From Elusimicrobiota bacterium (GTDB lineage Bacteria > Elusimicrobiota > Elusimicrobia > F11): 64,000 nt of DNA. The stretch is from contig JBGAON010000003.1 in assembly GCA_044221725.1 (NCBI GenBank), positions 384,001 through 448,000 of the forward strand, given 5' to 3'. Made by a program: the position numbers and the translations under genes. Below are positions 59,356 through 64,000 of this stretch, in pieces. The notes beneath the pieces are model-generated. The model made no database searches, had not been told where the DNA came from, and was given only the letters and a program-made list of their open reading frames with translations. Within the stretch, counting starts at the first letter, position 1. The number at the start of each line of letters is the position of its first letter.

Positions 59356-59427
59356 TCGGAGCGGTGGGAATTGAACCCACGACCTCACCCACCCCAAGGG
59401 TGCGCGCTACCACTACGCTACGCTCCG
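59356..59427 (-). tRNA. tRNA-Pro (anticodon GGG), CCA not encoded
   Basis: CGGAGCG acceptor stem, D loop with TGG, anticodon arm CACCC-TTGGGGT-GGGTG, T arm GTGGG-TTCAATT-CCCAC. Confidence 0.96.
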
Positions 59428-59568
59428 ATCTTCGCTCCTCGCATGAGACAGACGCGAACGGAGCTACGAACGTGCAGGATTGTACGATTCTCCTGAGCAT
59501 CATTCCAGTTTCAAAAGAACCTCCGCAACGCGTTCGTGGAAGAAACAGAGGCGAAACTGACAACAAAT

Positions 59569-59775
59569 TTAATTTAACGGAGAAACTGGCCCCGCGCAGC
59601 ATGCTTTGATCAAAATCTTCTCCATCAAGCACCATTTTGTGAACGCGGATTGAACCAAGTTTGCGCCCACGAAAGCGGTAAACCAATACCAGTTGGGGCT
59701 AAACCAATGGCCAAGTGCGAGACTCAGCAAAACGAAGCTTCCGGCGATGAGGCGTATGCGATGTTCGAGAATCAT
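59569..59775 (-). CDS. DUF2892 (YgaP-like) small membrane protein
   Basis: MILEHRIRLIAGSF...FVGANLVQSAFTKWC; ATGA overlap with the RND stop. Confidence 0.88.
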   Translation of the reverse strand: MILEHRIRLIAGSFVLLSLALGHWFSPNWYWFTAFVGANLVQSAFTKWCLMEKILIKACCAGPVSPLN

Positions 59776-62700
59776 AATCCCTCCCCCTGCGATGGCGTTT
59801 TGAATCGGCGAGCGAGCATATAGTAAAGAATCGGAACCGCAACGCGCGATAAAAATGTGGAGGCCACCTCGCCGGCCATCAAAGCCACAGCGAGTCCTTG
59901 AAAAATAGGGTCGAACAAAATTACACCGGCCCCCACAACGACCGCCGCGGCTGTGAGAAGCATCGGACGAAAACGAATGGCCCCGGCGTCGATTACCGCG
60001 TCTTTCAGTGGCATTCCCTCGCGCATCCGAAGGTGAATGAAATCCACCAAAATAATCGAATTGCGGACGACGATGCCGGCGCCAGCGATAAATCCAATCA
60101 TCGACGTTGCCGTGAAGTATGCGTGAAAAAGCCAATGGCCCGGCAGAATGCCCACAAGCGTGAGTGGAATCGGCACCATGATCACGAGCGGAATCAAGAA
60201 CGACTCAAACCACGCGACCACCAAAATGTAAATAAGAATCAGCACCAAGCCAAAAGCAATTCCCAAATCACGGAACACTTCGACAGTGATATGCCACTCT
60301 CCGTCCCATTTGAGTGCCGTTTCTTCGGAGCTCCGCGGTTGTTGCGCGTAATATTGTTTGAGGTCGACGCCGTGGTCGCGTGCAAGTTGCTTAATTTTTG
60401 GGCCGAGATCGAGTACCGCGTACACCGGACTTTCTTGATGTCCGGCCACGTCGGCGATCACGTAGGTGACCGGCAAAAGATTCTTGTGATAAATCGGTTG
60501 GTCTTGAACGACGCGCTGTTCGCTCGTTAACGCACGAAGTGGAATCGGCGTTCCGTTTCGTGAAAGAAGAGTAATCGACTGGGCCGCGGAAAGATTGTGC
60601 CGCGCACTCGCCGGCAATCTCACCCGGATTTCAACGGGTTCAATATCGTTGCCGGTGTGTGCGAGGTCGATCGTCTGGCCGTCCAACGCCAGATTCAATG
60701 TCTGTGCCACAAGAACCGATGGCACACCGTTTAGTGTTGCTTTTTCTTTGTCGACAACCAGCCGGTTGAGCGGTTGTTGGTCGGGCACGTAAGTGTCCAC
60801 ATCCACGATGCCGTCGGTTTTCTCAAGCAACGAACGTAGATTCTTCGATAACGCGAGTTGCTGGGCCGCATCGGGTCCATAGAGTTCAAATACGAGCGTT
60901 GATAGAACCGGTGGACCCGGAGGCACTTCCGCTACTTGAACGCGCGCGTGGTACCGTTGTGCAATTGTGCGAATGTTTTCACGCGCGTCCTTGGCGATCG
61001 CGTGACTCGACCGTTCGCGTTCGTGACGACCGGTGAGGTTCACGATGATGTCCGCTTGGCTTGGTTGTTCGCGAAAGAAATAGTGCCGCACGAGACCGTT
61101 AAAATTGTATGGCGCCGCGATTCCCACATAGCTTGTCACTTGTCGCACCTCGGGCAGTTTTCGAAGCGCTTGCGCGATTTCGAGCGTGGCCTGCCGCGTG
61201 AAATCCAGTGAAGACGACTCGGGCATGTTGAGGATCACTTCAAACTCGTCTTTGTTATCGAACGGCAACATTTTAACGGTAACCGCTTTAAAATACAGCA
61301 GCGAAACAGCGATGAGAAACAACGCGAACATGAACCCCAAGTAAGTCCAACGTGCCACGGAATTCTCCAACAGAAAACGCATGGCGTGCCGATACATCTT
61401 ATCCAATCGGCCTTCCTGCGCGTGGTTGCTTGACGTTGGTTTCCACCATTCAAGGACGTGCGCAAACGCCCACGGTGAAATTGCAAAGGCAATGAACAGC
61501 GAAAATATCATCGCGAACGATGCGCCGACCGGAATCGGCCGCATGTAGGGACCCATCAATCCGCCAACGAACGCCATCGGAAGAATCGCCGCGATGACGG
61601 TCCATGTTGCAAGGATTGTTGGATTCCCGACTTCAGCAACCGCATCAACGGAAAGCGTCCAGAGCGATCGCCCATCTTTCATCATGAAATGCCGATGAAT
61701 GTTTTCTACGACCACAATTGCATCGTCCACCAAAATACCGATGGAAAAAATAAGTGCAAAGAGCGTAATGCGGTTTAGCGTGTAACCGAGCAGGAAGTAA
61801 ATCACGAGCGTGAGTGCCAGTGTCACCGGAATCGCAATTAGAACCACCAGTGCCTCGCGTATGCCGAGCGCAAGCGCGATCAAGAGGGTGACGGAAAGTG
61901 TTGCTAATAGCACATGAAACAAAAGTTCGTCTGATTTTTGCTTCGCGGTTTCGCCGTAATTGCGTGTAAGGGAAATCTGGAGATTTGCCGGCAACAGCGT
62001 TGGCCGAACTCTTTCTATGCGGGTCAGCACGTCGTTCACCAACGCGGTGGCGTTGGCGCCGCGCCGCTTCGAAACGGAAATCGTCACGGCTGGCACGGCC
62101 GCCTTTGCCGTGGCGTCGCTTGCGGCGCCGTTCTGAGTCCATACCTCCCGTTCGTCTTCATCGGGTCCGTCGGTCACGGTCGCGATATCTTTTACTTGTA
62201 TCGGATGACCCGCCGAGACGCCGACGATGACCCCCTCCAATTCTTTCGATGTGCGGATCAGCGCATCGGTTTCCACAAGCACGTTGTTGTTGTCCGACAT
62301 TGTCCGACCGCTTGGTAAGCGTTTGTTGGATGTTTGTAATATGCCGACGATTTCCATCGGCGTGATTCGGTAGCGATTCAGTTTCTCAGGAATAATATGA
62401 ATGAGGAATTGGCGCCGACGTCCTCCAATAATGTCGGTTTCCGAAACGTTGTTGACGGCACTGATCTCCTGTCGAAGATTGGCCGCTGCTTTTCGCAGCG
62501 CGAAGCCATCCAGTCCAGGGCCCGCCAGCGTGAGCGCGAGAACGGGCACATCATCAATTGAACGTGGCTTGATGAGCGGCTGGCCGCTACCCATCGCGAG
62601 CGAGTCGAGATGCGCAGCCGTTTTCGTATAAATTCGCGTCATCGCGTCTTCGGGGTTCGTGCCCACTTTGAAGCGCACAATGAACAACGCAAAATTTGGT

Positions 62701-62990
62701 TGCGACGTTGAATAAATATATTCGACGCCTGGAATTTCCCATAGCCGGCGTTCGCCCACGTTAATAATTCGCTGTTCAACTTCTTTTGCGCTTGCACCCG
62801 GAAAAGGAACCATGACGTCGAACATCGGCACATTGATCTGAGGCTCTTCTTCGCGCGGAAGTTTGAGGATCGCAAAAACGCCGGCCAAAAGAGCCGCGAA
62901 CGCGAGAAGCAAGGTAAGCTTCGAACGAATAAACGTGCGCGCCAAATAACCAGCAACGCCAAGCGAGTGTGGTGATGTCGCGGATTTCAA
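59772..62990 (-). CDS. RND efflux permease (AcrB/CusA family)
   Basis: PREEEPQI, GILVDDAIVVVENI, GIVVRNSIILVDF, RFRPMLLT; 1072 aa. Confidence 0.95.
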   Translation of the reverse strand: MKSATSPHSLGVAGYLARTFIRSKLTLLLAFAALLAGVFAILKLPREEEPQINVPMFDVMVPFPGASAKEVEQRIINVGERRLWEIPGVEYIYSTSQPNFALFIVRFKVGTNPEDAMTRIYTKTAAHLDSLAMGSGQPLIKPRSIDDVPVLALTLAGPGLDGFALRKAAANLRQEISAVNNVSETDIIGGRRRQFLIHIIPEKLNRYRITPMEIVGILQTSNKRLPSGRTMSDNNNVLVETDALIRTSKELEGVIVGVSAGHPIQVKDIATVTDGPDEDEREVWTQNGAASDATAKAAVPAVTISVSKRRGANATALVNDVLTRIERVRPTLLPANLQISLTRNYGETAKQKSDELLFHVLLATLSVTLLIALALGIREALVVLIAIPVTLALTLVIYFLLGYTLNRITLFALIFSIGILVDDAIVVVENIHRHFMMKDGRSLWTLSVDAVAEVGNPTILATWTVIAAILPMAFVGGLMGPYMRPIPVGASFAMIFSLFIAFAISPWAFAHVLEWWKPTSSNHAQEGRLDKMYRHAMRFLLENSVARWTYLGFMFALFLIAVSLLYFKAVTVKMLPFDNKDEFEVILNMPESSSLDFTRQATLEIAQALRKLPEVRQVTSYVGIAAPYNFNGLVRHYFFREQPSQADIIVNLTGRHERERSSHAIAKDARENIRTIAQRYHARVQVAEVPPGPPVLSTLVFELYGPDAAQQLALSKNLRSLLEKTDGIVDVDTYVPDQQPLNRLVVDKEKATLNGVPSVLVAQTLNLALDGQTIDLAHTGNDIEPVEIRVRLPASARHNLSAAQSITLLSRNGTPIPLRALTSEQRVVQDQPIYHKNLLPVTYVIADVAGHQESPVYAVLDLGPKIKQLARDHGVDLKQYYAQQPRSSEETALKWDGEWHITVEVFRDLGIAFGLVLILIYILVVAWFESFLIPLVIMVPIPLTLVGILPGHWLFHAYFTATSMIGFIAGAGIVVRNSIILVDFIHLRMREGMPLKDAVIDAGAIRFRPMLLTAAAVVVGAGVILFDPIFQGLAVALMAGEVASTFLSRVAVPILYYMLARRFKTPSQGEGL

Positions 62991-64000
62991 GGAACCCTCG
63001 CGACTGTGTCCGAGATTTGTTGAATGGACTTTGCATCGAGACGGCCTGCTCCGGCCATCAGCCGCAGATAACCAACATGAAGATCGAATAGCGTTTCTTC
63101 GCGAGCCGCTTTCGCGTGCGCCGTGGCTTCCTCGGCTCGCAGCACATCCAAAATGCTTTGCCGACCCGAACGGTAAAGAGGCCGAAACAATTCCAGCGAT
63201 CTCTCGGCTTGCGCGACGTTTTCCTCTATCTGAGAAAGCTTTTGCAGAAGGCCTTGGTACGCATAAAAATCCGCGGTTAGTTCCGATCGTATTTGGTCTT
63301 CAAGGGCCGTCCGCGAAAAACGTGCGGCGTCCAGGCCGGCGGCCGCGCGCTTCTTTCGCTGCGAATACGTAAGGTCTCCGAACGGAACGTGCGCCGAAAC
63401 GCCGTACAGTTGGTTGGTGGGATTTGAATGAAAATCTTCGGTATTTGATTCGATTGCCGCAAACGCCTGAACTTTCGGCAACCATGTTTGTCCTTCTCGG
63501 TCGCGCGCAACTTCCGCCATTGTTATTTGGGTTTGAGACCTTCGAATGGCGGGGCGCGATTCTATTGCAGAAGAGATCAAATCCTCCAGCGGTGGGACGC
63601 TGTACAGGGGGGCCGATAATTTCCCTGTCACGTTCGGGCTGATGTCGCCCGTAAGAATTGATAGATGTTTCAGCACCGTTTTTCGGTCGCTTTCGAGTTG
63701 AATCCGCCAGCTTTTCAAATTTCCACCGATGGCTTGTGCCGCAAAAAAATCGGAACCCAGAATGACGCCGCGATCCTTCAACCGAGAGGCCTCTTTTAAC
63801 TCTTGGTCCGCCAATTTTAAGTGCGCATCGAGCACCGCCAACACCGCATCATCGTACAACGCCTGAAGATAAACGCGTGCCGTTTCAAAACGAATTTGTT
63901 GAAGGGTTCCTTCGTGTTCGGTGAGCGCCGCTTCCTTTGTTAAACCGTTTAATCGAACTTCGTTACGAATTTCAAATCCAGTGAATAACGGAACGCCCAA
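62987..64000 (-). CDS. TolC family outer membrane efflux protein (5' end outside the window)
   Basis: OEP repeats (E..R.Y...L; Y..G..SILDVL.AE); abuts the RND gene. Confidence 0.85.
   Translation of the reverse strand: MGVPLFTGFEIRNEVRLNGLTKEAALTEHEGTLQQIRFETARVYLQALYDDAVLAVLDAHLKLADQELKEASRLKDRGVILGSDFFAAQAIGGNLKSWRIQLESDRKTVLKHLSILTGDISPNVTGKLSAPLYSVPPLEDLISSAIESRPAIRRSQTQITMAEVARDREGQTWLPKVQAFAAIESNTEDFHSNPTNQLYGVSAHVPFGDLTYSQRKKRAAAGLDAARFSRTALEDQIRSELTADFYAYQGLLQKLSQIEENVAQAERSLELFRPLYRSGRQSILDVLRAEEATAHAKAAREETLFDLHVGYLRLMAGAGRLDAKSIQQISDTVARVP

Larger units (their letters stand above)
47552..59400. mobile_element. ~11.8 kb integrative element in tRNA-Pro(GGG), phage-satellite/IME-like
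   Basis: Terminal 47-bp direct repeats of the tRNA 3' half; integrase, excisionase, replication genes, resolvase; visibly more AT-rich than the flanks. Confidence 0.92.

Noticed and set aside
47552..59400. Complete prophage or conjugative ICE
   Set aside because: No structural, lysis, relaxase or T4SS genes within the att-bounded interval.
59431..59470. Imperfect hairpin upstream of the tRNA (possible REP-like repeat)
   Set aside because: Single bulged copy with no second instance noticed in the window.
1..64000. CRISPR array, rRNA, IS transposase or reverse transcriptase
   Set aside because: No regularly spaced repeat-spacer pattern or matching protein motifs seen by eye. The repeats at 47.7-49.8 kb are protein-coding.

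Overview
Bacterial chromosomal window from a diderm organism; gene content is compatible with an Elusimicrobiota-like lineage, but that is inference only. 1-23.8 kb (minus strand) is housekeeping: a MurC-MurB fusion, ddl, ftsQAZ, a PilT-type ATPase, pheA-hisC-aroF-tyrA-aroA-plsC-rpsA, an Omp85/metalloprotease protein, a putative muropeptide-recycling cluster and a partial Fur. 24.6-37.8 kb (plus strand) is a long IscR-like/SUF/IscS-IscU/mnmA/thiO run ending in a glycoside hydrolase and a GT-C/PA14 protein. Next come a TonB receptor-YfiR-histidine kinase trio, DoxX, a CLC-F fluoride exporter, a GAF kinase and the 'mobile mystery' HTH/Fic pair. The main accessory feature is an ~11.8 kb element (47552-59400) integrated in tRNA-Pro(GGG). 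It has a 47-bp att duplication carrying a compensatory T-stem base-pair change. It encodes a tyrosine integrase, an excisionase, a phage-like replication module, a serine resolvase and small regulators, with no virion genes. Directly behind the integrase is the best candidate for an undescribed system: a HEPN-motif protein followed by an 8x zinc-ribbon-repeat endonuclease. The nuclease gene is tightly bracketed by copies of the element's arm-type repeat. The window ends in a TolC/RND/DUF2892 efflux locus. All calls come from reading motifs by eye; no database searches were run.
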